From: an uncultured bacterium
Lineage (GTDB): Bacteria; Verrucomicrobiota; Kiritimatiellia; RFP12; UBA1067
Direction of reading: 5' to 3'
Length of the DNA: 57,977 nucleotides
Assembly: GCA_903935195.1 (NCBI GenBank)
Contig: CAIZQW010000151.1
Span: 1-57,977 of the forward strand
The position numbers and the translations under genes are program-made. The notes beneath the pieces are model-generated. The model saw only the letters and a list, made by a program, of their open reading frames with translations. It searched no databases and was not told the DNA's origin. Below, piece after piece: positions 20,238 to 30,107 of the stretch (positions within the stretch are counted from its first letter, which is position 1; every line of letters starts with the position of its first letter).

Positions 20238-22055
20238 ATGGCTGAAACAGAATCGTATTTAGAACGCTTCCCCTCTGATGCTCCCATCCGCATGACCGTC
20301 CGGTGTATCGTGACCGGCATGATCCTCGGAGGGGTCTTTGCGCTCTGCAATATTTACATCGGACTCAAAGTCGGCTGGGGCATGGGTGTCTCCGTGACCG
20401 CTGTCTTGATGGCCTTCGGTTTCTGGAAGATCGTGAATTTTATTTTCCGTGGCAAGGAATTCACGATTTATGAAAACAATATGAACCTCACGGTGGCCTC
20501 CGCTGCCGGATGCATCTCCTCAGCTGGCCTTGTCGCACCTATCCCTGCCTTGACCATGTTGACTGGACAGACGCTCACATGGGGACCCTTGGCCCTCTGG
20601 CTCTTCTCGGTGTGCATGATTGGCATCCTGGTCGCTGTGGGGCTCCGCAAGCAGATGATCGAAGTCGACAAGCTGCCCTTCCCTGGGGGCTCGGCGACGG
20701 GGAAGACGCTTGCGGAGATCTATGCCACGGGAAATCAGGCCGCGTCACGACTCTGGATGCTGATGGGCATGGGCGTGGCTGCAGCCGTCGTGAAGCTCAT
20801 CGAACACTTCTATGCGCTGAAACGCCTAGCCATGCCATGGACATTACCTACCCATCCTGAAGGGGCGTTAGCCAAAAGTGGCGTATCGGGTCTGACAGGG
20901 GCCAACTTGGGCTTTAGTTTTGAGCCGACGTTGATGATGTACGGTGTTGGCATGCTGGTCGGACCGCGCGTCGGGACCTCTCTTTTTCTCGGCTCAGTTG
21001 TCGCGTGGTTATGGCTCGCGCCGATGGCCCTCAATAATGGGTGGACCCCTCCTGGGAAAATGGGCAGTGAGCAACTCTGGTATGTAGCAGGACTCAAGTG
21101 GCTGCTCTGGCCTGGCGTCTCACTCATGGTCTTTTCGGCGCTGACCTCCTTTGTTTTCTCGTGGCGCTCGGTTTGGGCTGCTTTCTCGATTGGAAAAGGT
21201 GCGGCGGATGGTTCGGTGAAGGATGATGTGATTATGCCCCGACGCTTTTTCATGCTTGCGCTTCTGGCTGCGACGATCCTCTCTGTCACCCTTCAGGTGC
21301 TCTTCTTCAATATTGCGGCATGGGTCGCAACCCTAGGTGTCTTGATGACCTTCGGACTGGCCTTGGTGGCCACGCGTGTTTCAGGTGAGACGAATATTAC
21401 GCCGGTGGGTGCGATGGGTAAGGTGACCCAACTCGTCTTCGCCGTGCTCGCGCCAGCCCAGCCAGCGGCCAATTTGATGTCAGCCTGTGTGACGGGCGGT
21501 GCCGCGAGTCAATGCGCGGAAATGATGCATGACCTTAAAACAGGTACCTTGATCGGTACGCCTCCACGCCTACTGGTGATTGCCCAGACCTTTGGCGCGC
21601 TTTCGGGTTCGCTGATCGGAGCAGCCGGTTATCTGATTCTCATCAAAAATCCGGCGACGGAATTACTGACGGAAGAATGGCCTGCTCCCAGTGTGGCGGC
21701 ATGGAAGGCTGTCGCTGAACTCTTTATGACAGGTATAAAGGCTTTGCCCCCTGGGGCTATTGCCGGCATGTGGATTGGCGGAATCGTTGGCGTTACACTG
21801 GCTGTAGCCGAGAAGGTGCTCCCTAAAAAGTACCGTGCGTGGGTTCCCAGTCCGACAAGTGTAGGGCTCGGCTTTGTTATTCCAGCCTTCAACGGTATCT
21901 CCATCTTTATCGGCGCCATGCTTGCGACTGTTTTGGAAAAGGTCGTTCCCTCCTGGTCTGCCCGCTTCTTGATCATCTGTTCATCCGGTATCATCGCTGG
22001 CGAGAGCCTCTCCGGTGTCGCCCTCGCGATTGTTCGAATCGTTACAGGAGGCTAG
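20238..22055 (+). CDS. OPT/YSL-family oligopeptide or metal-chelate transporter
   Basis: NIYIGLKVGW, ENNM, LPFPGG, GET..TPVG, DLKTG, SGIIAGES; many transmembrane segments. Confidence 0.88.
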   Translation: MAETESYLERFPSDAPIRMTVRCIVTGMILGGVFALCNIYIGLKVGWGMGVSVTAVLMAFGFWKIVNFIFRGKEFTIYENNMNLTVASAAGCISSAGLVAPIPALTMLTGQTLTWGPLALWLFSVCMIGILVAVGLRKQMIEVDKLPFPGGSATGKTLAEIYATGNQAASRLWMLMGMGVAAAVVKLIEHFYALKRLAMPWTLPTHPEGALAKSGVSGLTGANLGFSFEPTLMMYGVGMLVGPRVGTSLFLGSVVAWLWLAPMALNNGWTPPGKMGSEQLWYVAGLKWLLWPGVSLMVFSALTSFVFSWRSVWAAFSIGKGAADGSVKDDVIMPRRFFMLALLAATILSVTLQVLFFNIAAWVATLGVLMTFGLALVATRVSGETNITPVGAMGKVTQLVFAVLAPAQPAANLMSACVTGGAASQCAEMMHDLKTGTLIGTPPRLLVIAQTFGALSGSLIGAAGYLILIKNPATELLTEEWPAPSVAAWKAVAELFMTGIKALPPGAIAGMWIGGIVGVTLAVAEKVLPKKYRAWVPSPTSVGLGFVIPAFNGISIFIGAMLATVLEKVVPSWSARFLIICSSGIIAGESLSGVALAIVRIVTGG

Positions 22056-22237
22056 TCGGAGATCAGCCTCCTTCGCCAAGGCTACGGCGGCCAGGGAAGT
22101 CGGAGATCAGAAGTCGGAGATCAGAATTCAGAATTGTCCCTTACGTCCCTCATGTCACTCTCGTCCCTTACGTCCCTTAACAACTCTCCCCAACAAGGCA
22201 ATCTCAACTTTAGAACTCTCGAACTTTAGAACTTCTC
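22055..22237. repeat. Mosaic spacer: GTCGGAGATCAG x3, REP-like hairpin, GTCCCTTAC-type nonamer x5, AACTTTAG-type octamer x4
   Basis: Read directly at 22055, 22099 and 22113; 22066-22091; 22136-22180; 22206-22237. Confidence 0.85.
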
Positions 22238-22239
22238 CA

Positions 22240-23493
22240 ATGTACTACGCCGACTTCCATATACACTCGAAATACTCGCGGGCGACAAGTCCGCAGTGCA
22301 TGCCTGAGGGCTTGGCGCAATGGGCACAGCTCAAAGGCATCTCTGTGTGCGCAACCGGCGATTGCACCCATCCGGGCTGGATGGCCGAGCTGAAGGAGAG
22401 CCTGATCGAGTCCTCGGATGCGGACGGACTCTACCAGCTCACCCCTGAAGCGCAAGCTCGGGCAGATCAAGGCGTGCCCAACTCCTGCCGCGCAAAGGTC
22501 CGCTTTATTGTCACCGGCGAGATCAGCAGCATCTACAAGCGCGACGGACGTGTCCGGAAGGTCCACAACATTATCCTCCTTCCCTCGCTGGAGGCTGCGG
22601 AGTGTCTAAACCACACGCTCGGCCAGATCGGCAACATCGTCTCCGACGGACGTCCCATCCTTGGACTCGATCCGCGCCGCCTCCTGGAGATTCTGCTGGA
22701 GACCGATCCGCGCGCCACCCTCATCCCGGCACATATCTGGACGCCCTGGTTCTCGATGCTCGGTGCCAAGTCGGGCTTTGATTCGGTTGAAGAGTGTTTC
22801 GGTGAACTCACCCCGCATATCTTCGCCATTGAAACCGGACTCTCCTCGGATGTCCCCATGAACCGCCGTATCCGCTGTCTTGACTCCTTGACGCTGATCT
22901 CCAATTCCGATCTCCACTCGCCCTCAAACCTCGGACGCAATGCCAACGTCTTCCATGGACAACCCGGCTACACCGCCATGCTGGAAGCGATGCGCACGCG
23001 TGATCCGAAAGGGTGGGGGGGCACCATTGATCTCTTCCCTGAAGAGGGCAAGTACCATCTCGATGGCCATCGCGCCTGCGGGGTCTGCATGGAGCCTGAG
23101 GAGAGCATGGCCGTCAACAACCTCTGTCCTGTCTGCGGCAAGGAACTGACCATCGGTGTACTCCATCGCGTGGTCGAACTGGAGAAGCGCCAGCCGCTCG
23201 CCGAAAAATCGCGCTTGACCTCGGACGACTCCTACCGTTACATTATTCCTTTACCGGAGTTGATTGCCCAGACCCTAGGAGTCGCTGATACGTCTAAGAA
23301 GGTTCAAGCTGCCTATCAGAAGATCCTCAATGACCATGGCAATGAACTGTCGATTCTGCTCGCGAAGCCCGAGTCCGAGCTCGACGCATTAGGCGCAGTC
23401 GGCGCCTGCATCCGCGCCGTGCGTGCCGGCTGCGTCCTTCGCAAAGGCGGCTACGACGGTGAGTATGGTGTGATTAAAGCAAGTGTAGAATGA
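22240..23493 (+). CDS. Endonuclease Q-family protein (PHP domain plus zinc ribbon)
   Basis: ADFHIHSKYSRATS, TGDCTHP, KVHNII, DGRPILG, PAHIWTPW, ETGLSSD, SNSDLHS, GKYHLDGHRAC..C, CPVCG, GGYDGEYG. Confidence 0.85.
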   Translation: MYYADFHIHSKYSRATSPQCMPEGLAQWAQLKGISVCATGDCTHPGWMAELKESLIESSDADGLYQLTPEAQARADQGVPNSCRAKVRFIVTGEISSIYKRDGRVRKVHNIILLPSLEAAECLNHTLGQIGNIVSDGRPILGLDPRRLLEILLETDPRATLIPAHIWTPWFSMLGAKSGFDSVEECFGELTPHIFAIETGLSSDVPMNRRIRCLDSLTLISNSDLHSPSNLGRNANVFHGQPGYTAMLEAMRTRDPKGWGGTIDLFPEEGKYHLDGHRACGVCMEPEESMAVNNLCPVCGKELTIGVLHRVVELEKRQPLAEKSRLTSDDSYRYIIPLPELIAQTLGVADTSKKVQAAYQKILNDHGNELSILLAKPESELDALGAVGACIRAVRAGCVLRKGGYDGEYGVIKASVE

Positions 23494-23570
23494 GCGAATT
23501 CGAAAATGCGCGAATGGGTGAATGCACTAACCTAGCGGAGCGAAGCACTAATAACGCAATAAGGCAATTC
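23494..23570 (+). repeat. GAATGCGC and CAATAA(G/C)G composite spacer, similar to 15517-15624
   Basis: gaattc..aatgcgcgaatg..cactaac and aataacgcaataaggcaattc are shared with the 15520-15624 spacer. Confidence 0.7.
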
Positions 23571-23572
23571 GT

Positions 23573-24535
23573 ATGACACACCTAAAAACAGTACTCAGCT
23601 CGTTACTTCTCGCCACCCTCCTCACCCTTCCGACCTTTGCTCAATTCGGGGGCATGACCACAGGTGGTGGGGCTGACGTAGTCATCCATGCGCCTCCTCC
23701 TGTGAAAGTTGGCAAGGAGCTGCGGCTCAATGCCTTCAGGATGGAGATCCAGCCTCCGGCCTTCTACTTGAACATGGGCACGCAGTATCGGTTCGGTCCG
23801 TATCCCATGGTGACGGGCACGGCCATTAGCAATCAGATGTTAAACTTTATCTTCCATCTCAGCGCAGAGAAGGATCTCTTCAAGTTACAGGACAAAAAAG
23901 GCGCGATGATGGGTCCTTTCAGTAACAGCAATCGAACAACCTTTGCCATCGGCAACACGCAAATGCAGTTTCTCCATGCCACGCCGACGATCACCATCAC
24001 ACTTAAGCACCCGGATCGCATCGGCCAGATGCCGACCATCGGCATCGCGCCGCTGACCCAACAGTCCGTTCAGGCGCTCTATGACTTGCGCGCCAAGGTC
24101 GCTGGCATTGTCAACCGCGTGAATGTCGACAAGGCAGACCGGGAGGTGATAGGGGTCCCGACCATTCATAACCCTTATACCGGAAACACCTCCAAGCCGA
24201 TCCTTGTGGTTTCCGCTCGCGATAAGCAGAATGCCGACCGCAGCGGCGAGATCAGCTCCATCGCCTTCCTGGAAAAATTTTACGGACAATACTGCACAGT
24301 TCGGGCGCAAGCTATGTCCGGTCAGCAGACCTATCAGCTCGGTGTCCAAGTGCCCGGGGATTATCTGCTCCTAGTCCTGCAAAAGGTCAAACCGCCCGCA
24401 AACGCAGCCAAGGGCAGCGCTTCACCCACCGCCATCTGGTGGACAACCTTCACCTTTGACGGCCGCTCCTCCTTCACCGGCACTCTCGCCCCCGAAAACG
24501 CCACCTTCTGGAAAAATGCCTTTCTTTTCGAGTAA
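23573..24535 (+). CDS. Hypothetical exported protein
   Basis: 320-aa ORF with an N-terminal signal peptide (LLLATLLTLPTFA); no motif recognised. Confidence 0.7.
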   Translation: MTHLKTVLSSLLLATLLTLPTFAQFGGMTTGGGADVVIHAPPPVKVGKELRLNAFRMEIQPPAFYLNMGTQYRFGPYPMVTGTAISNQMLNFIFHLSAEKDLFKLQDKKGAMMGPFSNSNRTTFAIGNTQMQFLHATPTITITLKHPDRIGQMPTIGIAPLTQQSVQALYDLRAKVAGIVNRVNVDKADREVIGVPTIHNPYTGNTSKPILVVSARDKQNADRSGEISSIAFLEKFYGQYCTVRAQAMSGQQTYQLGVQVPGDYLLLVLQKVKPPANAAKGSASPTAIWWTTFTFDGRSSFTGTLAPENATFWKNAFLFE

Positions 24536-24543
24536 ATACTTTA

Positions 24544-24770
24544 CCGCAAAAACCGCTACTAGAAGTGCGGCTAACGCATCCGCCTCACGCTGAATACAGC
24601 ACGGCGGAATGGTTAGCCGCCCAGAGAATACTCTCTTCAATAATCAGCAAAAAACAAGTTTTTTGCTGATGGAGAAATGGAGCTAATCCGCGCAAATGTC
24701 CGCTCCGCCGTCCGTGTATTCACGGGTGAGGCGGGCGTGACATTTGCGCTCTTATTTGCGGTTTTTGCGG
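24544..24770. repeat. 227-bp branched palindromic element
   Basis: 13-bp terminal inverted repeat CCGCAAAAACCGC/GCGGTTTTTGCGG, central TCAGCAAAAAAC-aa-GTTTTTTGCTGA hairpin, two related internal hairpins in opposite orientation. Confidence 0.8.
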
Positions 24771-24783
24771 AAACATCTTAAAA

Positions 24784-24826
24784 GCGGTACCGGCATCCTG
24801 TTCCGGACGCCCCGTAAACGCCCGCA
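24784..24826 (+). repeat. Second copy of the 43-bp element at 151-193
   Basis: 42/43 identity. Confidence 0.8.
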
Positions 24827-24888
24827 GTAGAATCAGACACCGGCCAACCGTTACACCCTACAGCCTAAACCCCTTCTCCTAAAAAACA

Positions 24889-24917
24889 TTGCAGGATGGG
24901 GGTGTATTTGTTATCTT
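24889..24917 (+). promoter_or_regulatory. Putative sigma70 promoter of htpG
   Basis: TTGCAG-17 nt-TATCTT with an extended -10 TG. Confidence 0.4.
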
Positions 24918-24952
24918 TTGCGGCCGTCATTGGTTCAATAAGGAGAAGATGT

Positions 24953-26833
24953 ATGTCGAAGAAAAATCATGTGTTCAAAGCTGAAATCCAGCAAGTCCTG
25001 GATCTCGTGATCCACTCCCTCTATTCCAAGAAAGAGATCTTTCTGCGTGAACTCATCTCCAATGCATCGGATGCCATTGACCGCGCCCAATACCTCGGGT
25101 TGACGGACAAGTCGGTTACGGCCGATGCGCCCCAGTGGAAGATTGATATCATTGCGGATAAAGACAACAAGACGCTCATGATCTGCGATAACGGCATGGG
25201 CATGAGCGAAGAAGAGATGGACAAGAATCTCGGTGTGATCGCCAGTTCCGGCACCAAGGCCTTCACCGAGGCGCTCAAGCAGAAGCAGGAGGTCAATGTC
25301 CCTGAACTGATCGGCCAGTTCGGTGTCGGCTTCTATTCCGCCTTCATGGTCGCAGAGGAAGTCACCGTCATCTCGCTCAAGCGTGGCGAGGGACAAAAGG
25401 CCGTGCGTTGGACCAGCACTGGCAATGGCACCTACTCCCTTGAGGATGCAGCCCGCGACAAGCCCGGCACGACCATCGCCCTGAAACTGCGCGAAGGCAT
25501 GGACGAGTTCTTCGACACCTGGCGCATCCGTGAACTCGTAAAGAAGTATTCCAACTTTATCGCATACCCCATCCGCTTTGGCGAGAAGGGCGAAGCACCC
25601 AAGGATGACGCGGAAGCGCTCAACACCATGAAGGCGCTCTGGAAGCGCAGCAAGAGCGATGTCAAGCAAGAGGAGTATGACGAGTTCTACACCCACATCT
25701 CCCATGACCATCAGGCACCGTTGAAGGTCGTCCCGATCGCAGCCGAGGGACAAATTGAGTTCAAGGCGCTCCTCTTCATCCCGAAGTCCGCAGGTATGGA
25801 TCTCTTCATGCCGAACAATAAGCACGGCCTCAGCCTCTATGTCCGCAATGTCTTCATCGGCGCGGACTTCGACCTGCTCCTTCCCGAGTACCTGCGCTTT
25901 GTGAAGGGCGTGGTGGACTCCAGTGACCTGCCGCTCAATGTCTCGCGCGAGATGCTGCAGGATGATGCCGTGATCCGCAAGATCAAGAGCAACATCACCG
26001 GCAAGATCCTCTCCACCCTCGCAGAGATGCAGAAGGATGCGCCTGCGGATTACAACACCTTCTTCACCGGCTTCGGACGGATCCTGAAAGAAGGCCTCCA
26101 CTTCGATTACGAGAACACCGACAAGCTCAAAGGGCTTGTCCTCTTCCACTCCGCCAAGCGTGAGAACAATGGCTTTATCTCTCTCAAGGAGTATGTGGCC
26201 GCCATGCCGGAAGCGCAGAAGGAGATCTACTATTTGATCTCCGATGACCTGCAGACCGCCAAGCAGTCCCCGCATATCGAAGTCGTATCGCAATATGGCT
26301 ATGACATCCTCTTCCTCACGGATCCTGTGGACGCCTACATCATTGACCGCCTGTCGGACTATGAGGGCAAGAAGCTGGTGCCGTTGGACAAGGGACATCT
26401 CGAACTCGGTAGCGACGAAGAGAAGTCCGTGGCCAAGCGCAAGCTAGAAGATGCCGCAACCGAGTTCAAGGCCTTGACCGAGGTTCTCAAGGAACAGCTC
26501 AAGGAGGAGATCAGCGAGGTCCGTTTCTCGCCCCGCCTGACCGATTCAGCCTGCTGCCTCGTCGCGCCCGAGCATGCGATGAATGCCAGCATGGAGCGTA
26601 TGATGCGCGCCATGAACCAGGAGGTTCCCAAGCAACTGCGTATTCTCGAACTGAATCCCAGCCATGAGCTCATCAAAAAGATGAACACCATGGTGGCAGC
26701 CAATGGTGCGGATCCCGTGCTCAAGGACTACGCCGACCTGCTCTTGGGGCAAGCGCTTCTTGGCGAAGGCAATCCGCCGAAGGATCCCCAGCGCTTCACT
26801 CGCCTCGTCACGAATTTGATGACAAGAGGATAG
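24953..26833 (+). CDS. htpG: Molecular chaperone HtpG (Hsp90)
   Basis: YSKKEIFLRELISNASDA, DNGMGM, IGQFGVGFYSAFMVA, GVVDSSDLPLNVSRE; AAGGAG RBS before ATG 24953. Confidence 0.97.
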   Translation: MSKKNHVFKAEIQQVLDLVIHSLYSKKEIFLRELISNASDAIDRAQYLGLTDKSVTADAPQWKIDIIADKDNKTLMICDNGMGMSEEEMDKNLGVIASSGTKAFTEALKQKQEVNVPELIGQFGVGFYSAFMVAEEVTVISLKRGEGQKAVRWTSTGNGTYSLEDAARDKPGTTIALKLREGMDEFFDTWRIRELVKKYSNFIAYPIRFGEKGEAPKDDAEALNTMKALWKRSKSDVKQEEYDEFYTHISHDHQAPLKVVPIAAEGQIEFKALLFIPKSAGMDLFMPNNKHGLSLYVRNVFIGADFDLLLPEYLRFVKGVVDSSDLPLNVSREMLQDDAVIRKIKSNITGKILSTLAEMQKDAPADYNTFFTGFGRILKEGLHFDYENTDKLKGLVLFHSAKRENNGFISLKEYVAAMPEAQKEIYYLISDDLQTAKQSPHIEVVSQYGYDILFLTDPVDAYIIDRLSDYEGKKLVPLDKGHLELGSDEEKSVAKRKLEDAATEFKALTEVLKEQLKEEISEVRFSPRLTDSACCLVAPEHAMNASMERMMRAMNQEVPKQLRILELNPSHELIKKMNTMVAANGADPVLKDYADLLLGQALLGEGNPPKDPQRFTRLVTNLMTRG

Positions 26834-26839
26834 CAAATG

Positions 26840-26940
26840 GCAGGTATAGCTGATGGCATGTATAGCAGATAGCATGTATAGCGGAGTAGCTGCGGGCATT
26901 CGCGTTTCACGTCCCTTAGCCATACATGCCATACATGCTA
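26840..26940. repeat. GCATGTATAGCTGATG-family array with an inverted arm, between convergent htpG and ugd
   Basis: Three units at 26840-26888; inverted agccatacatgccatacatgcta at 26918-26940. Confidence 0.75.
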
Positions 26941-26965
26941 TTCGCTATCCCGCAAAAGAACCGGC

Positions 26966-28348
26966 TCAATGTCCCGCAGTTTCGGTGCTGTCCGAGCTCG
27001 GTTTCCCGATGCCACGAAACTGAAAACCTATTTGTTTCAGTTTTACAGCATCAAGACAATTACGGGCGTCAAAGCAAAATGCGGGTTTCCGCATCACCTT
27101 AAAGATTCGTTCGTAATCAAGCGTCTTGAAGAGATCCCATTCCGTCAGTACGACAATCGCGTCAGCGTCCTTGGCTGCCTCATAGGGGTCGGCGGTGAAG
27201 ACGATATTCCCCGGGTACCCTTTTAAATCTTCTTGCGCATGGGTCAATGCTTTCGGGTCTGTAATCGCCAGTTGCGCATGTTCTTCCAGCAACATATGGC
27301 AAATCGCAATGGCGGGCGATTCACGCGTGTCCCCGGTATTGGCCTTAAAGGCAAATCCGAAGATCGCAATCTTCTTGTTGGCTACTGTATTGAACATCGT
27401 CTTCAGGATGTTGCTCAGCAGGCGTTCCTGTTGGTAGTCATTGATCAAAACCACCTGACGCCAATAGTCAGCCACTTTCTGAAGTCCATACGACTCGCAC
27501 ATATAAACCAGATTAAGAATATCCTTCTTAAAACAAGAACCACCAAAACCAGGTCCCGACTTCAGAAAGGCGGGGCCGATGCGTTTATCCAAGCCCATGG
27601 CCATCGCGACTTCATCGATATCAGCGCCTGTTTCTTCGCATAAGGCTGAAAACGCATTGATGGAGCTGATCCGTTGCGCCAACATGGCATTAGCAGCCAG
27701 CTTTGTAAGTTCGCTGGACCAGACATTGGTGGTCAGTATTTTTTCGCGCGGAACCCAAGCTGCATAGATGTCAGCAATACGTTCGACAGCCTTGAGTCCT
27801 TCAGGTGTTTGGTGACCGCCAATCAGCACGCGATCCGGTTGTTCCAAATCACGAATGGCACTGCCTTCGGCCAGAAACTCGGGATTGGAGATCACATCAA
27901 AATGATATTCCTTATGTTCGCTCAAAATGCGTTCCATAGCCGTGGCGGTACGCACGGGAAGCGTGCACTTCTCGACGACAATCTTATCCCCGTTTGCAGC
28001 GGCAGCTATGTTCCGTGCTGTGGCCTCCCAGTACTGCAGATCTGACGCGTAGCCTGCACCGCGTCCAAAGGTCTTTGTCGGCGTGTTGACCCCGACAAAA
28101 ATAATATCGCAAGCCTTTATTGCCTCAACGCTGTTCGTGCTGAAAAAAAGGTTTTTGCCACGATATTTTTTAACTAGCTCATCAAGGCCAGGCTCGTAAA
28201 TAGGCAAGTGGTCTGAATTCCAGGCATCAATCCGTTTTTGATTGATGTCGACAACCATGATGGTGCGATCAGGGCAGTATTTCGCGATGACGGCCATGGT
28301 GGGCCCGCCAATATAACCAGCTCCAATACAACAAATGTTTTTATTCAT
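26966..28348 (-). CDS. ugd: UDP-glucose 6-dehydrogenase
   Basis: [47 protein letters not shown]; start set to MNKNICC. Confidence 0.95.
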   Translation of the reverse strand: MNKNICCIGAGYIGGPTMAVIAKYCPDRTIMVVDINQKRIDAWNSDHLPIYEPGLDELVKKYRGKNLFFSTNSVEAIKACDIIFVGVNTPTKTFGRGAGYASDLQYWEATARNIAAAANGDKIVVEKCTLPVRTATAMERILSEHKEYHFDVISNPEFLAEGSAIRDLEQPDRVLIGGHQTPEGLKAVERIADIYAAWVPREKILTTNVWSSELTKLAANAMLAQRISSINAFSALCEETGADIDEVAMAMGLDKRIGPAFLKSGPGFGGSCFKKDILNLVYMCESYGLQKVADYWRQVVLINDYQQERLLSNILKTMFNTVANKKIAIFGFAFKANTGDTRESPAIAICHMLLEEHAQLAITDPKALTHAQEDLKGYPGNIVFTADPYEAAKDADAIVVLTEWDLFKTLDYERIFKVMRKPAFCFDARNCLDAVKLKQIGFQFRGIGKPSSDSTETAGH

Positions 28349-28365
28349 AGTTTCCTTTCGAGATG

Positions 28366-29340
28366 TTACATGCGTTGAGAAAAGTAGGCAATGGTTTTGG
28401 ATAGTCCCTCTTGAAGGGGGACACGAGGGTGCCACTGGAGAAGCTCTGCTGCAAGCCTAATGTCAGGCTTGCGACGACGCGGATCGTCTTTCGGTAACGG
28501 AAGATAGACGCATCTGCTCACACAGCCGGGAATAAGCTTCATAATCTCTTCGGCTAATTGGAGGATGGTATATTCATCCGGGTTGCCAACATTGATGACG
28601 GGGATGCGCATACCCCGTTTTTCGAAAAAGGCCTGGACCGTTTCTGAAGGCAACCCCATGAACATGACCATCGCGTCCACCAAGTCATCGACATACTGGA
28701 AACTGCGCGTCTGATCGCCTTCGCCATATAGGGTGATGTCCCTGCCGCGAAGTGCCTGCAGGATAAAGTTACTAATCACGCGTCCGTCTTGCTGATGCAT
28801 ATAAGGGCCATACGTGTTGAAAATACGAATCATCCGAACATCAATGCCATATTCACGCGCATAATCGGCACACAGGGTTTCGGACGCACGTTTTCCTTCA
28901 TCATAGCAACTGCGAATCCCAATCGGGTTGACATGCCCCCAATAGCTTTCCGGTTGAGGATGGATTTCAGGGTCACCATAGATCTCCGATGTAGAGGTAT
29001 GAAAGACGCGCGCTTTTGTTTTTAGCGCAAGTTCAAGGACATTCATGGTGCCAAGAAAAGAGGTCTTCAGTGTCTCAACGGGATTACGCTGGTAATGAAT
29101 CGGAGATGCCGGACACGCTAGATTGTAGATTTCGTCAAACTGTCCCCAGAAGGGTTGCGTGACATCATGAAGGACAAAACTAAAACGATGGTTGTCTTGA
29201 AGATCATAAATGTTCGACCGCGTACCTGTGAAAAGATTATCCAACACCGTCACTTCGTCACCTCGTGCGATGAGCCGACGTGCCAGATGGGAACCGATGA
29301 ACCCTGCGCCACCCGTGATTAAGATTTTTTTCACTAGCAT
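28366..29340 (-). CDS. UDP-glucuronate decarboxylase (UDP-xylose synthase)
   Basis: [52 protein letters not shown]. Confidence 0.92.
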   Translation of the reverse strand: MLVKKILITGGAGFIGSHLARRLIARGDEVTVLDNLFTGTRSNIYDLQDNHRFSFVLHDVTQPFWGQFDEIYNLACPASPIHYQRNPVETLKTSFLGTMNVLELALKTKARVFHTSTSEIYGDPEIHPQPESYWGHVNPIGIRSCYDEGKRASETLCADYAREYGIDVRMIRIFNTYGPYMHQQDGRVISNFILQALRGRDITLYGEGDQTRSFQYVDDLVDAMVMFMGLPSETVQAFFEKRGMRIPVINVGNPDEYTILQLAEEIMKLIPGCVSRCVYLPLPKDDPRRRKPDIRLAAELLQWHPRVPLQEGLSKTIAYFSQRM

Positions 29341-29541
29341 CTCGTAGGTTGTGATAATGTTCAGTTTTCCAGACCGTCGAACCTCGTACCAATAGGCTCA
29401 TGAAAATAAAAAGTCAAGCCAACGAGGGTCAAAATGGATAACACGCAAGAAAACTAATAGCGACAGTATACGCCACAGTCAGCCAGATTGTCCAGTGGAT
29501 TTCCAGTAATTGCAAGGCGCATAATTTAAAAAATGGAAGCA

Positions 29542-29650
29542 GCAGTTGGCAGCCTTCTTCGCCAAGGCTACGGCGGCTAAAGTAGCAGTTGGCAGTTGCC
29601 AATGCAGGAGCGACATGAGGGACGGGAGTGACAAAAGGGACATGAGGGAT
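29542..29650. repeat. Mosaic: CAGTTGG heptamers interrupted by a REP-like hairpin, followed by ATGAGGGAC-type nonamers
   Basis: gccttcttcgccaaggctacggcggc at 29552-29577 (25/26 to 22066-22091); the nonamers are the reverse complement of the 22136 family. Confidence 0.8.
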
Positions 29651-29720
29651 CGAGAAAGTTCTTGAAACTTGTGAGGTGCTAAAAGGAAATGAACGCGCAA
29701 CAATTCAAACCATTGAACGA

Positions 29721-30086
29721 ATGAAAGCAAAAGCTAGCATAAATGCCAATGAGCACCCATTAGTCCTCTTCACCTCAAAGGATGGGGCGGTGACGGTTCC
29801 TGCAACATTGGAAAGAGAAACAGTCTGGTTGTCACAAGGCCAGATGTACGCGCTTTTTGGCAAAGAGCGTTCAGTCATCACCAAACACATCCGGAATGCG
29901 ATCAATGAAGGTGAAATTGCCGAGGATCAAGTATGTGCAAATTTTGCACATACTGCATCTGACGGCAAAATATATTAGGTTGTCTTCTACAACCTCGACG
30001 TCATAATCTCCGAATCCAACCCAGTTGAACGCGAATTGATGGTCAACCTCGTCATGACCTTTCTGATCGAGGACAAAGGGTCATAA
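29721..30086 (+). pseudogene. RhuM-family (RhuM-Fic-like) pseudogene with a nonsense codon and probable internal deletion
   Basis: ETVWLSQGQMYALFG, VITKHIRN, ANFAHTASDGKIY-TAG(29976-29978)-VVFYNLDVIIS, then directly ESNPVERELMVNLVMTFL in the same frame. Confidence 0.8.
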
Positions 30087-30107
30087 GCAACCCCTCGACC
30101 GCTTTGG

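Noticed and set aside
22015-22239. 75-aa N-terminal extension of the EndoQ ORF
   Set aside because: It is translated repeat DNA overlapping the OPT gene; the family motif starts at ATG 22240
24569-24618. GGCTAAC...GTTAGCC resembling an integron attC site
   Set aside because: Only about 50 bp, not overlapping the upstream stop, no integrase or second attC, and better explained as one arm of the larger palindrome
24935-26398. 487-aa antisense ORF inside htpG (also 18500-19411, 37874-38728, 43779-44645, 45174-45983)
   Set aside because: Shadow ORFs opposite well-supported genes, expected from codon bias; no recognisable motifs
29976-29978. In-frame TAG as pyrrolysine or stop-codon recoding
   Set aside because: TAG is the normal stop of rpsG, htpG and lsrF here; no pyl genes are seen; the gene also appears internally deleted
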